Positions 12,834 through 26,100 of a stretch of DNA of 64,000 bases are shown piece after piece. This DNA comes from Gnetum montanum (taxonomy: Eukaryota > Plantae > Gnetophyta), in NCBI GenBank assembly GCA_015680685.1, contig MNCI01000813.1:18800-82799 (forward strand), read 5' to 3'. Position numbers and translations under genes: made by a program. Numbering within the stretch: the stretch's first letter is position 1; each line of letters begins with the position of its first letter. The notes beneath the pieces were generated by a model, which searched no databases, was not told where the DNA came from, and was given only the letters and a program-made list of their open reading frames with translations.

Positions 12834-15734
12834 TCCACACTAGCGAGCCTGGAAGGGGTGACCCTTAATGCAGATGAAACGTCCAAAGGATTTTCAAGGC
12901 TTATTTTGATTAGTTATTTACTCTTGATGGCTTGTATGTCAACGTAGTTGACTGGAGAAGGTCATACACTACTTTTAACACCTATTTCAATGTCTAGGAC
13001 TCCCCTTTGAGCCTAACATTGTCTTCCACACTAGTTTCACACTGGTAAGTGTGGAGGTAGTGTGGGGAACAAGGAAAAAATGTTACATGACATCCAAAGA
13101 TGTTTAAATTAGGGTTCTAGGGCTTACCTAAGCTAGAGTAGGGCTACAATTATCAAATAGAGTCAATTCAAGGGTCACGAAAAGCTAAAAGGTAGGTCTT
13201 AAAGTTATACTTCCTTGTCTCCATGCTAGCCAATGTGGATGGAGGGGGCTTAACATAGAGAATTCAAATCTAGGCTCAAAAAAGGCTAAAAAATTTCATG
13301 GAAAACCTAAACCAAGTTCTAGTACTTGTGTAGCTCCTAGATATTCTTTTAGGTCATCTGGATGAGGTTTCAAGTGTCAAAGCAAGTTTGATGTAGTCTC
13401 CATGTTGGATCCATACTAGCCAATGTAGAGCCAAAGTGGAGCAGAGGTGGTAACCCTTGATTTTTAATTTTAGGATGGTCTAGAGAAAAAATCAACTAGG
13501 TTTCTAGGCCCCTAGGGTTGCAAACTATGATTTTTCAAGTTTTTGATCAATTTTAATTATGTTTGGAGGCTATTTGAGGTCATGCAATGTTAAACCCCCT
13601 TTGATCCATGATGGGGAGGTTTCTCTAGCATGGAGGATGGAATTTGATGAATTATAAGGACTAAAACAAGGTCAAACTAGTGTAATACTAGATCTATGAA
13701 CTCCTAGGATTTACCAATGTATTTTTTTGGCTTTCCAAGAATGTCAACTTACTATTGAAAGAATAAAAGTAATCCTTCCACACTATTTCCATGTTGGCTA
13801 GTGTGGAAGAAAGGGTGCCCAACATGGATAGGTCATAAATCCTAGATCTAGGCTAGTTTTGACCATAATCTATCATGCATGTTGGCCCTCAGGGTTGTAG
13901 GTGTCAAGGGTTAGGGTTTAGAGTTAAAATCTAGTGGTTTCTAGGATTCTCAAGTGGTGTTTTGAGTCATTCCCCTTGGATCCATGCTAGCTAGCATGGA
14001 TCCAATGTGGAGGACTTTAGGAAATGGTTTTTCTTTTCTTTTTTTTTTCATTTGTTGATATGTATTGAACACATATGCATGTTTTTAGGATCACTGGTGT
14101 TAATGGCTAAGGCTCAGGGTCAGAATTTGGTAATTTTTAAGCTTGTTAGATAGTTCTTGGGCTCACCCCCTTATTTTACATTGGCTCCATGCAAGCCAAT
14201 ATTGGTAAAACGTTGGGGATAAGAGGGAATTAATTTTTGATTATTTTTAATTAGTTTTGGCTATGCATGTCCATTCCTAGAATCACTAGCATTGAGGGCA
14301 GAGCCTAGGATCAAAACTTGGTAATTTTGAGGGTCTCTTAATTATTTTTTGGCTTTTCTCTTTAGTTCCATTCTAGCTCCACATTGGCCAACATGTAACT
14401 AGTGTAGAACACATTAGGAGATTTTTTATGGCTATTTTGGGTAGAAATTTTGAATTCTGAAAGCTTCCAAATGTGTGAAAAAGATTCTAGAATAAGTATA
14501 TGTTAGTTTCATGTTATTTTTATGTATTTATGATCTCACATGAATCTTCCTAGCTGCATTTGTGCTAGCTCCATGCTAGCCAATGTGAAAGAGAGGGGTC
14601 CTCTTCATGAAGGCCAAGAAATGCATAAAAATGATTATTTTTGTCTTGTTTTAGCTGCCACAGCCTTTGAGAAGGTTGGGTTGTTCATAAAAGTCCATTT
14701 GCAAGAAAATCTTGAGAGTTTTGGCTATGTCCCCCTCCATCCATCCTAGATCCATGCTAGCCAATGTAGATAGGTTCTCCCCTCATCATGGATAAACCTA
14801 GTGTAACGTTTTGAGCTACTTTTGACAAGTTTCAATAGGGTTTCAAAGATATTAAGGCTAAAGAGGATATAGAGTCCCAATTCAATGTTGAAATTAACTA
14901 GTTTGAAGGCTTCTAGGTGTTCATGCAGTTATCACCCCCCACCCCACCCATTTCATCCATGCTAGGTAGGGTGGCCTTACTATGGAAGGAAAGGGATTAA
15001 TGACTTTTTGACATTTTTGACTAGTTTGGGAATGACTAAAGGCTTTGAGAAACTCTAGCAAGGTCTAGACGTTACTAGGGTAGGTTATGGGGTTGTTTCC
15101 AGCTATAGAGAAGGTTAGATTGGACATCCCTAGGGCATCCACATTGGATCCACACTAGCTAGCATGGAGAGGAGGGTTCACCAGTGAGGAGAAACTTCAA
15201 GGATTGAAATTGACTTAAGCTTTTGTTATTGTTAACTACTAGAGGTAATGGGAAAGAATATTGGGTGTTAAGGTGACATTGATGATCTTTGAAGGCTTGG
15301 AGAAGGGTTTTAGATCATACCCCCTAAGCCTCAATGTTGGCTCCATTCTAACTAGCATGGAGGAGGGGTTCACCAACATGGATCAACTATGTCCAAAGGT
15401 TTCATGATCTTTTGACTAGATTTGATGAGGTTTTGAAGCTACTAGGACTAACTAGAGGGGTTCTAGGTCATGTGGGCCCACTTCATGGATGAAATTTGGG
15501 TGTGATGGGTAGTTAGGATAAGAATGGGTGTTACCCCTTGGATCCATGTTTGGCCATGTTGCCCTAGCATGGAAACTGAAAGTATCTAGTTTTGATAATG
15601 TTTAACCCCTTTTCAGAGCCTGAGGTTGAATGAGGTAGGTTAAAATTGCTAAAATTGGCAAGAGAGCTAGCTTTTATTTCTTTTATAAGGTTGGATGCAT
15701 GCATCCATGTTGGCTCTAGGCTACCTAGTATGGA
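12834..15734. repeat. Degenerate tandem array, ~16 units with ~190-bp period, each with palindrome TCCACGCTGGCCAGCGTGGA (CpG-restored consensus)
   Basis: Palindrome copies start at 12834, 13036, 13220, 13410, ~13605, 13788, 13981, 14186, 14378, 14570, 14751, 14956, 15149, 15342, ~15553 and 15715. Confidence 0.85.
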
Positions 15735-17100
15735 TGCATAGGGGTTAAGGCTAGAAGATGACTTTAGATGTTCCACAGGGTCAAAACCCAAGCATTGATG
15801 GAGTTTTGGGACTAAAAATAGCATGTATAAGGGCATATGGTGGGGCCCATAGTCCAAAATTTTAAAAATCAAGAAAATTAAATGTAACTATTTTTCTCTT
15901 CCACTCTTAGCTTAGAGAATACTTTTTCCCCCTTGTAATTTAGTGCACTTTGAATTCCAATGCACCAAATTGGAAATAGAGGTGAGAGTGGGAGCGTTTA
16001 TGTTTAGGTTTGATTTTTATGGTAAAGTTGCCTAAAACACCAATCACACTTTCCATGACATACCAAACACATTGGAGCATACCTATAGGATATTTTGGTG
16101 CTAGAAACACCATCTTCTTTCAACATTGAAGCACCAAAATTTCCTCCTAGCAAGAGAAGCCTCAACTCTTTAGTTTCCATGCTTCTCAAGCGTTGGTGTA
16201 ACCATGATGAAGGAACATGGATCAACTGAAAACCCAAGGATTCAAGAGGTAGATGAGACTATTTATAACCTTTTCAAGTTTTACAAATCTATTTCAATTT
16301 GGGATTCCTCCTCACTCACTCCCATGTACGCCATCTCTAACCATTTTTCATCAATTTCCTAACCATTTTTGTATTTTTCTAGCTAGGATAGGGTTATTTT
16401 CATTAGATCTATGAAAAGGGGGTTGATGAAGTTAAATTAAAATGAAATACTACATCATAATTTAGCTATTTCTATGTAGATATAGGATTATTGTGTTGTT
16501 CAATCTTTGATAGAATTTATTTGTAAAATAGGCTTGCTTATTTATATGTTTTTTCTAAAAAATTATGAGTGGAGTCATTTTTGTTAAATCTAGGCTAATA
16601 CTCATGTTAAAGTTAAATTATAAGAAACTAAAACAACTTATTTTGATGTGTTCTTACATGGGTTTAAGTTTATTTGTCTATTTAGGCTTCAATTCGTGGC
16701 TAAACTAAATTAGGTTTTATGAATTTTGTGTTTTCAAATGCTTTTTTGATGAAAAGAGGAAGCAAAGATGTGGATATTTTATTAAGAAAATAGCTAAATG
16801 TTGTTAAAATATAAGGTTATTGATTTTTAGTATTATGTATAATATTTACATTGGTTGTGGTCTCATCTAATTTAGATTCATAATGAGGATGTTATGGCTA
16901 TTTCAATTATGTTGTGTAATTAAGGTTTATGCCATTTTTGAAAGTTTCATCCAAGTTTAAAATTTGTTTTGAATAAACTATAGAGTTTTTCTATTTTCAC
17001 TAAGCATGGATGCATAGGGCTTGATTTATCTTTCAAAAACTATTGGATTCACTTCGTTTGGAGCTCAAACAAATTTTTGGTGAGATTTTTACAAACCTTT

Positions 17101-17990
17101 TCGATGAGCGGCTAGGTACCCCTATGCCCAACGATACGAATCACGAGTGTTTACATGCAACTTGGTCGAATCTCGTAGATTATAAACACTTAACATACAC
17201 TAGACCCTAACTAGGAAAACCTTGTTGTTGTCTTCCTAATCTCACTTGTGATATTCTATTTGCAATGGTTAAGTGATGTTAAGGCTAATGATTTTTATAG
17301 CTTTTTACTTATCTTTTTGCGTCTCATTAAAGTATGGAAGGTAAAGGATGAACTAATTTCTTATCTATAGTTATCCTAATTTGTATTCTAACTATTCCTA
17401 GCATAAGTATCTGATCCCATCTTCCGGGCACGTTCTGAGCATCCCCTAAGCACTTCTAGGTTACCAGACATTAAGCATCACTGGGTTCACCAAGTGTTGG
17501 GTTTACGTTCGAGATGGTTGTACTTATGGCCATGAAAAACTATAAAGGAGTGATAGCAATTAAAATAACAATATCAGAAACTTAAATAATTAACAAGCAA
17601 TTAACAAAGCATAAACATATTAAACTTATGAATGCATAAAATGGATAATTCAAAATGCTGTAAAGAATTCTTAAAGAGTTTGTCTTTATTGTCGTCACAC
17701 CAATGGGCTCAGATACATCAACACTCAAATAAAGAGCTGAGCACTTTTCTTACACTTGCTATAGGCACTTGGAAAATATTCTATCTCCTGCGGGAACAAA
17801 CTACAAGAGCTTCACTAGAACTAATTGAAAGGTACCTAAATGAGGCGGAAGGCCCTCTTATTTATAGGATGAAATAGGTTCTGTGTAAATGGGGCCGCAT
17901 TGACGCATGAAATGCTGCGTCGATGAGGCCACGTCGATGTGGCCGTGTATACACCACCTAGTCGATGCATCAACTAACGACACTTCATCT
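17101..17990 (-). repeat. 3' LTR of A2
   Basis: Direct repeat of 28950-29848. Preceded on minus by PPT CAGTCATGGGGGTA (17991-18004). TATA ~17859-17867; GCCGCGTCGACG-like motifs at 17890-17970. Confidence 0.92.
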
Positions 17991-18232
17991 TACCCCCATG
18001 ACTGAGTAAAAACTTGTCCTCGAGTTACTCTACAATTTGGAAGGTATGGGCTTTTATTTACAACACACATGACTTGACACACACACATGACATAACATCA
18101 ATTTGACCAAGTGCCCAAGTTACAAAGAAGGAAAAATTACAGAAAATGATGGTGTTCAGAGATAAAATTGAACACCTTGCTTTTCCTAGAGCCTTTGCCA
18201 TGTAGGATGATGCAAAAAATTGTTGGAGAAGA

Positions 18233-21087
18233 TCACACCATCCCTGGGGGTGGTGGCTTTGATGGACCTTCTCTAGCCTCTAGCCCATGTGTTGGCGATG
18301 CCATGAATGATGCTTGTCCCATAGTAGCTGCAACTTCTAGAGGTAGCCTAAAAGCCTCCAAGAGAGCCCTAATCTTTTCTTCTTTACTTTTGGGATCGTT
18401 CACTATCTAGGTAGCTTCTCCAATGTGTGTTGGAACTGGAACCTCCCAAGGGCATGAAAGCTCCAAGAAGAGTTCTTTCAGGTTGACAAACAAGGCTATG
18501 AACTACTTGTGTTTGATGTCAAACACTTAGATTAATGCCTGCAGCTGCTGGTAGTCATTCATTCTATGGGCCACGTTCTCTGCAACTATACATTATCCTT
18601 CAAAGCTTGTGCGGTGAACCTCGAGTTCCGTGTCTACCATTTCTAACTTCTACTTTGTTGCTTTGTGCACCTAGAACTCTTCCTCGTATATGGAATATGA
18701 GGCAACCACTTTTTTTCCAACTCTAACCATAGTATTTTGGCTATGAGCATATCCATGTTTTCATAGCGAAGGTTGGCAAGCTCCATATATTCTATCATCT
18801 CCTTAATCTACAACTCCTTAAGGTGGATTTCAGCTTGATTGTAGTCATTTAATCCATCAAAGATATGTTGCCATACCTCGCCTTCCTCTCGGAGCTGTTG
18901 GAGTGCTTGGTTCATCTTAGCCTTGGTGACTTGAATATGCTTTTCATTCACCTCTTTCTACAACCCCACTTGGTCCCTGTAATGATTTTTGACTTTTTCA
19001 AATTTTAGGACCTCATTCTTCCAAGCAGAAATTTCAATTGCAGACTTCTGTCACAATGCCCAAACCTTCTCCATTGACAAATTTTGATTCTCAACGGCCA
19101 ACCTTCTTACATCAGCATTCACCCTGGCTAATTCTTCCTACTATTGGTGGATAAAAGTTTTCATGTGTTCATTTTTTGCACCGATATTATGCAGGTGATG
19201 AACCTCCGTGGTCAATCAAATGTTCTCCTGGAGAACCTCCACCAAGTCCTTGTCTAAATGATACGCTCAAACATCCACCAAGGACTTATCGAAGATCACT
19301 GTCTCTCACACATCCTCAATGATTTGAAGTTTGAGTTAAAGCTATTGAAAAGCTTCATCTCTGGTGATTACGCAGTCAAGGATGGCTAGATAGGCAAGTT
19401 AGGCTTTTAATTGGGCTACTTCTATTGCCAAGCATTGACAAGAGACTTGACCAGCTTCAAGTTGCCCTTCTAAAATAAGTCTCTTACCCTTTTCCATGAG
19501 CAGCTCTGACTAGGTTGCAGTAATGTTTTTCGGAAGGTCAAAGACATCTGGAAGCGGTTGCCCAGTTCCCACCAATCAGTCCAACAACTCCTGATGTTGG
19601 GCTACATCAATCTTGCTACACAAAGTTCCAACAGATGCATGTACATCCTGTAGTCCATGAACATCTAGTACAGGTGTTGCTAGTGCGTTGAGAGCCATAG
19701 CAATTGTGTCAGCAACAACTTCGGCTGCAGTCTTCTATTCTTGGTGTTGCATCACTAGGACTGTTGCCCCTTGACCATCTTCAAGGCATACCGAAAAGGT
19801 AGCAGCATTTCCAAAAATTTAAGGAAATAAGTCTTGTGTGAACATTTTTACCTCTCAGACAGTAGGATCTATTCGTGTAGGCACTTGCATTCGGGCTGTG
19901 GAGAGCATCAACCCTACCCTTTCAAGTATGCTAATTGATCGAGCCACTCACTCCAACTGGCTCATTTCAGGGTGATAGACCGAAGGGTCTTCTCCTCCAT
20001 GAGTCCTAGTAGATTTCTCTTGCTGACTCAAGAGCATTTCTTGGATTTCGTGGATGTGTTCTACTATGGTTTCTGAACCCGGCTGTGATGTTTGTGCAGG
20101 TGGTCGAGGTGGTTGCTGCTCCTCCTCTGTCTATGTGGTGGAAGGAGTTTTATCCTTCATCATGTCCTGCCAAGAGGTAATCGGGGTGTGTTGGGCTACA
20201 TCATTGAAGTACCATGCTATCCCTACTTGTTTGCACAACTTTTGAATTAGGTAGGAAAAGGGGAAATCTCGTCTTCCACATTTGCTCTCAGCGAACCTCT
20301 TTTCAATCTCCAAGAACAACAGTTGTGGAATACTCATTGGGAATTTCCCACTCAAGGTGACACATGCACGGGCGGAGAAGGCTATGATTTTGCTGGGTCT
20401 TACCATTATGTTCAAGTGGTAAGACATGATCTTTGAGTACACCCTCTCCACCATGGTCAAAGAGCCAAATTCCTTGTGCTCTACCCCATAGCACTATTTG
20501 GTCCATTCCACCTTTACCTCTACATTGGCTTGCTTTGAAATTTTCACCACATTTGCCCTAGCCTCAGGTAACCCCAAAGCCTATGCTATTGCCTCCAAAG
20601 AGTAAGAGACATAAATTTCTTTGATTCTTACTCTAGACCCTAGTTGCCAATTCATCCAGAATAGGTAGGTCTCTCCTAACTACCATTCACCACTGGTTGT
20701 GATGATTGGCCACATCGAAAAGTTTTGCAGTTGGAGTCTCACTTCTTCCGGTGCATTCTTGAGGAATGGTCTAAAGTTTAGCTCTTGTAGGACCATCTGT
20801 TGCACCTCATGTAGCTTGATAGCATCAAGATAGACTTGGGTCAAGGTGACCTCAAGTCGTGGTGCTATCCCAGGAGTCTCATCCCCTTGCGATTACTCAC
20901 TGGGAATCTCCTCTTTGGGAATCTGATGGATAGATTCCACATTAGGTCCTTCGTCGAGGGAACTAGTTGCATGAGAGCCCTCTGCATGCTCTGGCTATTG
21001 CACATCTCATCCCCTTCCCATGTGTGGGTGGTTGTCCCTCAGTTGTGATGGTCCTTCACCCCTTGGGTGCCTTGGTTTGGGTGCCAT
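18233..21087 (-). pseudogene. Athila env-like/ORF2 accessory protein pseudogene (plant transposon domain plus coiled coil)
   Basis: ATG at 21087 (MAPKPRHPRG). Contains RVRIKEIYVSYSLEAIA*ALGLP...FPFSYLIQKLCKQVGI, resembling the Athila ORF2 (Transposase_32-like) domain, then a Q/E/K/L-rich helical C-terminus. Stop near 18233; many internal TAG/TGA. Confidence 0.75.
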
Positions 21088-23079
21088 CTTCAATCAAACA
21101 TGACCACCCATTAGATCATGCATAAGTAGCTCAAGATGGTCCTTATACACCCTCTTAGTTTGACTAAGTTATGTTATTGGCATAGGAATTTCTTTAAGTC
21201 TCCCATAGTGTTAATTTATGGGTTAGAGCCAAAATTTTTGTAATTAACTAACTGATTAATTAATTAATTAATTACACATAAGCAACCCCCCCCCCCCCCC
21301 ACAACTGAGAGCATACCTCTAATTGCTTAAAAGGATGAGGATCGGTTGATATGGATGCGCGATAGAATGTAGGTGCTTAGGGAAGGGTTGGGCAGAAAAA
21401 TTGGCAAAATCTCCCCTAAATTTGGATTCCAAATGATGAAAATTTCAAAGCACAATGGGCATATATATAGGGATTAGGCGCTACATCGACAAGGTCCTAT
21501 ATATGTAGGGGTGTGCACTGGTTGACCAACATTGACCAACCCAGAAAAAGCCCAAAAGGATGAACTTGAAATACCAAATTAGGGCAGTTGAAGCACGTGA
21601 GAGGCCTGGACATGGCAAATGATAGGAGTAGGAAAATTGGGGCTTGAGAAAGAGTCAAAAGTAGGAGAACGTGACTCAAAAGTACTTCACAGGGAAGAAA
21701 TTGAGCGATGGATGGCATAAAAATAAGCCACCAACCAACCCCAAGGATGAGAGACTAACGAACAACACCAACAATATGCAAGTAGGTCCTCCCCATAGTA
21801 GGCGATAGCCTTTGTAGCCCTTGCATATCCCCAACACCGGGGTCTGTGGGCCTCAGTGCGAAGGAATGGTGAACATAAGTTAAGATTTCTATCCAAGAGA
21901 ACCTACTTAAGCATAAGAAATTCATGAGAGATGCAACAAACAATGAAGTCATAACATTGGCAGTGGGATGAGGGGAGGAGAGAAGTGGGTGAGAGAAAGA
22001 AAAATGAGGTGTGGATGTCCAATGATCAGTTCCATGAAACCCCCACATGAAGCTATGGTTAAGCAACCTGATAGAACCTTTTCCAAGTTCAGACCCAAAA
22101 CCAACCACATCTAGTGACATCGCATCAACACATGAAGACTCATCCAGCACCCAAGTGGGTAGGAATGCACTCATAGAGAATCACCACTCCAACAGACGTG
22201 AGAGGGAGGAAGCAAAATGAGACCAAGTTAGAGGGGATAGAAGAAGTCCATTACTAGTGTTAGTGGCCCATGAGAGGTAGTCTAAGGAGTGTGCTTTGAA
22301 TTCCCACATGATGAGGATTTTATCCTTATGTTTTCTTTTGGTTTTCAATTTATGGGAACCACACCATGCGAAGACCCATGCTTGTGTACATGCATTTGAC
22401 CAAGGGGTGTGCTTTGAATCCTCATGGTTTTTTTTTCATTTTTTTTTTCTTGTTTATTTTTTCTTCATCAATTTTTGATGAGTACCACACCATGCAAGGT
22501 CAAACTACCAAGGAGCTTCCTTGTAGTGAAGAATTTGGAGTGGCAAGGAATCCGTAAGGGCACTTGTGCCACCCAAGGGTAGAAGAGGATGATGAATGTT
22601 GAATTCCCCTTGAAGTCACATCCTATGAAAACCATTGGGTCATCCTCTAGTCCAAGAACTACACAAGTCACATATTAATTAAAATATTTTTAAAAATGAA
22701 CTAGGGTTGCATGATCCCGATGGTAGGAAAACCACAAAGTTGATGAATGGGTGAATGATGTGGACCCACTACTGATATTATGAGGTGAAAGTAACCACAA
22801 AAATGAAGAACAACCATGCAAGGGCAAGACTGGGGTAAAAGGTACACCATTCACCCATCACAAGAAAAACCATCCATGCCAACCTGACAACAACAAGATG
22901 ATTTGTTAGTGGCAACAAAAGTGGAAATGAGACAACAAACAAAGAAATGGAAAAATAATGAAAATAGTTAAAGAAAGGAAATTTGTAGCAAGAATAGAAA
23001 ATGTAGTAACGATGTTGAAAAATAAAAAAGTGGAAAAAAAAAATAAAAAAAGTGAGGGGTGATCAGCATTGAAAATGGT

Positions 23080-23095
23080 CTCCCCCACGACTAGG
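23080..23095 (-). promoter_or_regulatory. Internal second polypurine tract (A2)
   Basis: CCTAGTCGTGGGGGAG just after integrase mirrors the terminal PPT; an equivalent is at 56092-56108 in A3. A duplicated PPT is a known Athila trait. Confidence 0.7.
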
Positions 23096-23149
23096 TGGAA
23101 AGGAGGAGACGCGAAATATGGAGCGAGGCTGTCCTAGTGATGATGGGGC

Positions 23150-26100
23150 AGTTGCACTAGTTGAGTGAAGTTCACAGAAAGGTTTCAGTTGTTGGCGATT
23201 GATTAACTACGTTTTGGTGGGGTCCTCAAGTTTGTGATAAGCAAGGCCCTAGATGGAAAGGTTTTTGAGACAATGTAAGGTCCCTCCCATAGTGTTTGAA
23301 ACTTGGTCGGTTAAGATACATGGGAGGGGTTCCAATACAACACCTTTTCTACACATCTAAATGTGACCTTCCAAATCCTAAGATCATGTCATTTTTTGTT
23401 GTAGGCCTTGCGGATCTTATTGGAAGATATGGCCACTAATCAGTTCTCATCTAGCACACTTAAATTGATAAGTCATTCATGTTGTGCTAGCGGGAGGTCA
23501 AGGCCCAAGTCACTGGCGGTGGATAGTATGCAAGGTTCGACCTGAATTAGAAGTGTGGGTAACTTTTTGTACACTAACTCATAGGGAAAGTACCCTATAG
23601 GAAGTTTCTAAGTGGAGTGATAGGCCCATAGGGCATCATTAAGTTTGGAACTCCAATCCCTCATGTATTTGCTAATGGTTCAGATAAGGATCTTGGTGAT
23701 CTCCCTATTGGTAACTTCGACTTGCCCATTGGCTTGGGAGTGATAAGGTGTTGTAAATTTATGAATAACCCCCAAGTGTTGCATGAGTTTCCAAAAAGTG
23801 ACACTTGTGAAATTAGTCCCATTATCATAAATGAATGCACATGGCACTCCAAACCTGTTGAGAATTTTTTGTTGGAAAAATCGTGTGGCGGTGTTGGAAC
23901 AACAGTTGACAATGATTTCTACTTCTACTAACTTTGTACAGTAGTCCACAGCTATGATGATGTATACATTTTCATTTGAAAAGGGTGTGATGGGCCCCCT
24001 GAAGTCAATACCCCAGAAGTCGAAGGGCTCCAGTGGTTGGATCCACTGTTGAGGTCCCTCCAACCGTGCCAACATCCCACCATCTTTTTGCCATCATTCG
24101 CAGGAGTGGGCAAATCATTGTGCATCTTTGAAGATTTTGGGCCAATAATACCCTACAAGCAAGATCTTAATGATTGTGCGGCATCCATCATAGTGGCCCC
24201 CACAAGGGCCCTCATGAGCATCATGGAGGATGCGTAGTGTATTATCATCAAGGACATACCATCAAACTAGGCCATCTACGCACACCTTCTAAAGGTGGCT
24301 GTTGATTTCCCTGAAATGATTAGCCTTTTAAAGAAACTATTGTTTCTATCGATGGTTCTACTCCTTTGGTAGCTCATGGGTTGTGAGGTAGGTGAGGATG
24401 CAGTTGAACCAAGGGGAGTCCTTAGACAGTTGTGGATCGACTACACCTATGAATAGGAGTTCATCTAAAAATTGGATGGAGAGGGGCTCCTCCTCTTCTG
24501 TGTCATCCTATCGTAACTGAGACAAGTGGTCAGCTACCACATTCTTGGTTCCTTTCCGGTCTACCATGGTGAGATCAAACTCCTGAAGAATCACCAGCCA
24601 CCAAATGATGTTGGGGCTCACCATTGGTTTGTTCATCAAGAACCGAATAGCACTATGGTTAGTATGGACAAACACCTTCTACCCAAGCACATAGTATCAA
24701 AATTTATCCAAGGTGAACACCACCACCATTAACTCCTTCTCGGTGGTGGTGTAGTTAAGATGAGCACCCAAAATGCTATGGCTTTCATAGTGGATATAGT
24801 ATGGACATTTCTAATCATCACACTATGTAAGCATGGCTCCCAAGGCATAATTAGATGCATCCATCATGATGTGAAAGGTCCTGGACCAAACAGGTTCTCG
24901 TAGAACTGGAGTTTCCATGAGTTTCTATTTAAGCAATTGGAATGTAGATTCACATTCCTTAGTCTAGATGAATGGAGCATCCTTCTTTGTATGTTCTACC
25001 AATGGCTTGGTGATCTTCGAGAACTTTTCAATGAAGCACCGATAGTAACTAGTGTGTCCAAGGAAGGATCCAACATCTTTTACAATGCTTGGTTGGTGGG
25101 TGATTCGTTGGATGACCTAATCTTTTTAGGATCCACACTAATCCCTATTTGTGAGATGTGATGCCCTAGTATAATGCCTTCTTGGACCATCAAATGGCTT
25201 TTCTGCTAATTGAGCCATAGATTAGTGTCTACACACCTCTTCAGAACCTACTCCAGATGGTCCAAGGCTTGCTCGAACATAGCTCCATAGGTAGAGAATT
25301 CATCCATGAAGACTTCTACTCCATTTCCAATCTGTTGCTAGAATATGTTGAGGACAAGGTGCTGGAATGTAGCAGGTGCATTACATAGGCCAAAGGGCAT
25401 CTTCTTGTATGTGAAAGTCCCCCATGAACTTATGAACGTTCTTTTATCCTGGTCCTTGGGTGCTATTTTGGTTTGGTTATAACCACTATAACCATCCAAA
25501 AAGATGTAATAGTGGTGCCCTACAATGGTTTCTAACACCTAGTCCACAAATGGGAGTGGAAAGTGATCCTTGAAGGCAGCCATGTTGAGCAACCGAAAAT
25601 CAATACAGACCCTGCATTTGCCATCTTTCTTTGGCACGATAACGAGTGGGCTGACCCATTTTCTATCAGTAATAGAATAGATAAACCCTACCTTTAGCAA
25701 TTGCTCAATTTCATCTTTGATGACCTACTTCAATTTTGGGTTCAATCATCTTTGTGGTTGTCGTCATGGCTTCATGGAGGGGTCAATATAGATCCAATGT
25801 TAGCAAACCCTGTGATCAACTCCAGTTAACTCAAAATACGACCATGAAAATGTAGCATCCCATTTGTTTACCACCTTTAGAAATCTCTTCTCCTGTTCAG
25901 GAGCAAGGGTGGCATTGATAATTACCGGCTTTCCATTTTGCAAAAATGCATATTCTAAGTGAGCTGGTAAAGAATTTAGCTCCAGGGGATGTTCTTTGAA
26001 GCTCTCAGGGATTTATAGCTTCCCCCAGTCATCATGGTCATCAATAGTGGAGACCTGTTGATGAACCTCTTCCATTTCTTCCATGCTCTTAATGTAGGCT

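Noticed and set aside
12834-15734. CRISPR-like array (palindromic repeats with variable spacers)
   Set aside because: Spacers are ~170 bp and related to their neighbours, the repeats are degenerate, there are no cas genes, and the context is a plant LTR. It is a diverged tandem array.
19791-19851. Possible intron inside A2 ORF2 (GTAAAA donor)
   Set aside because: The acceptor would be CGG, the length is only 61 nt, and the frame reads through without splicing.
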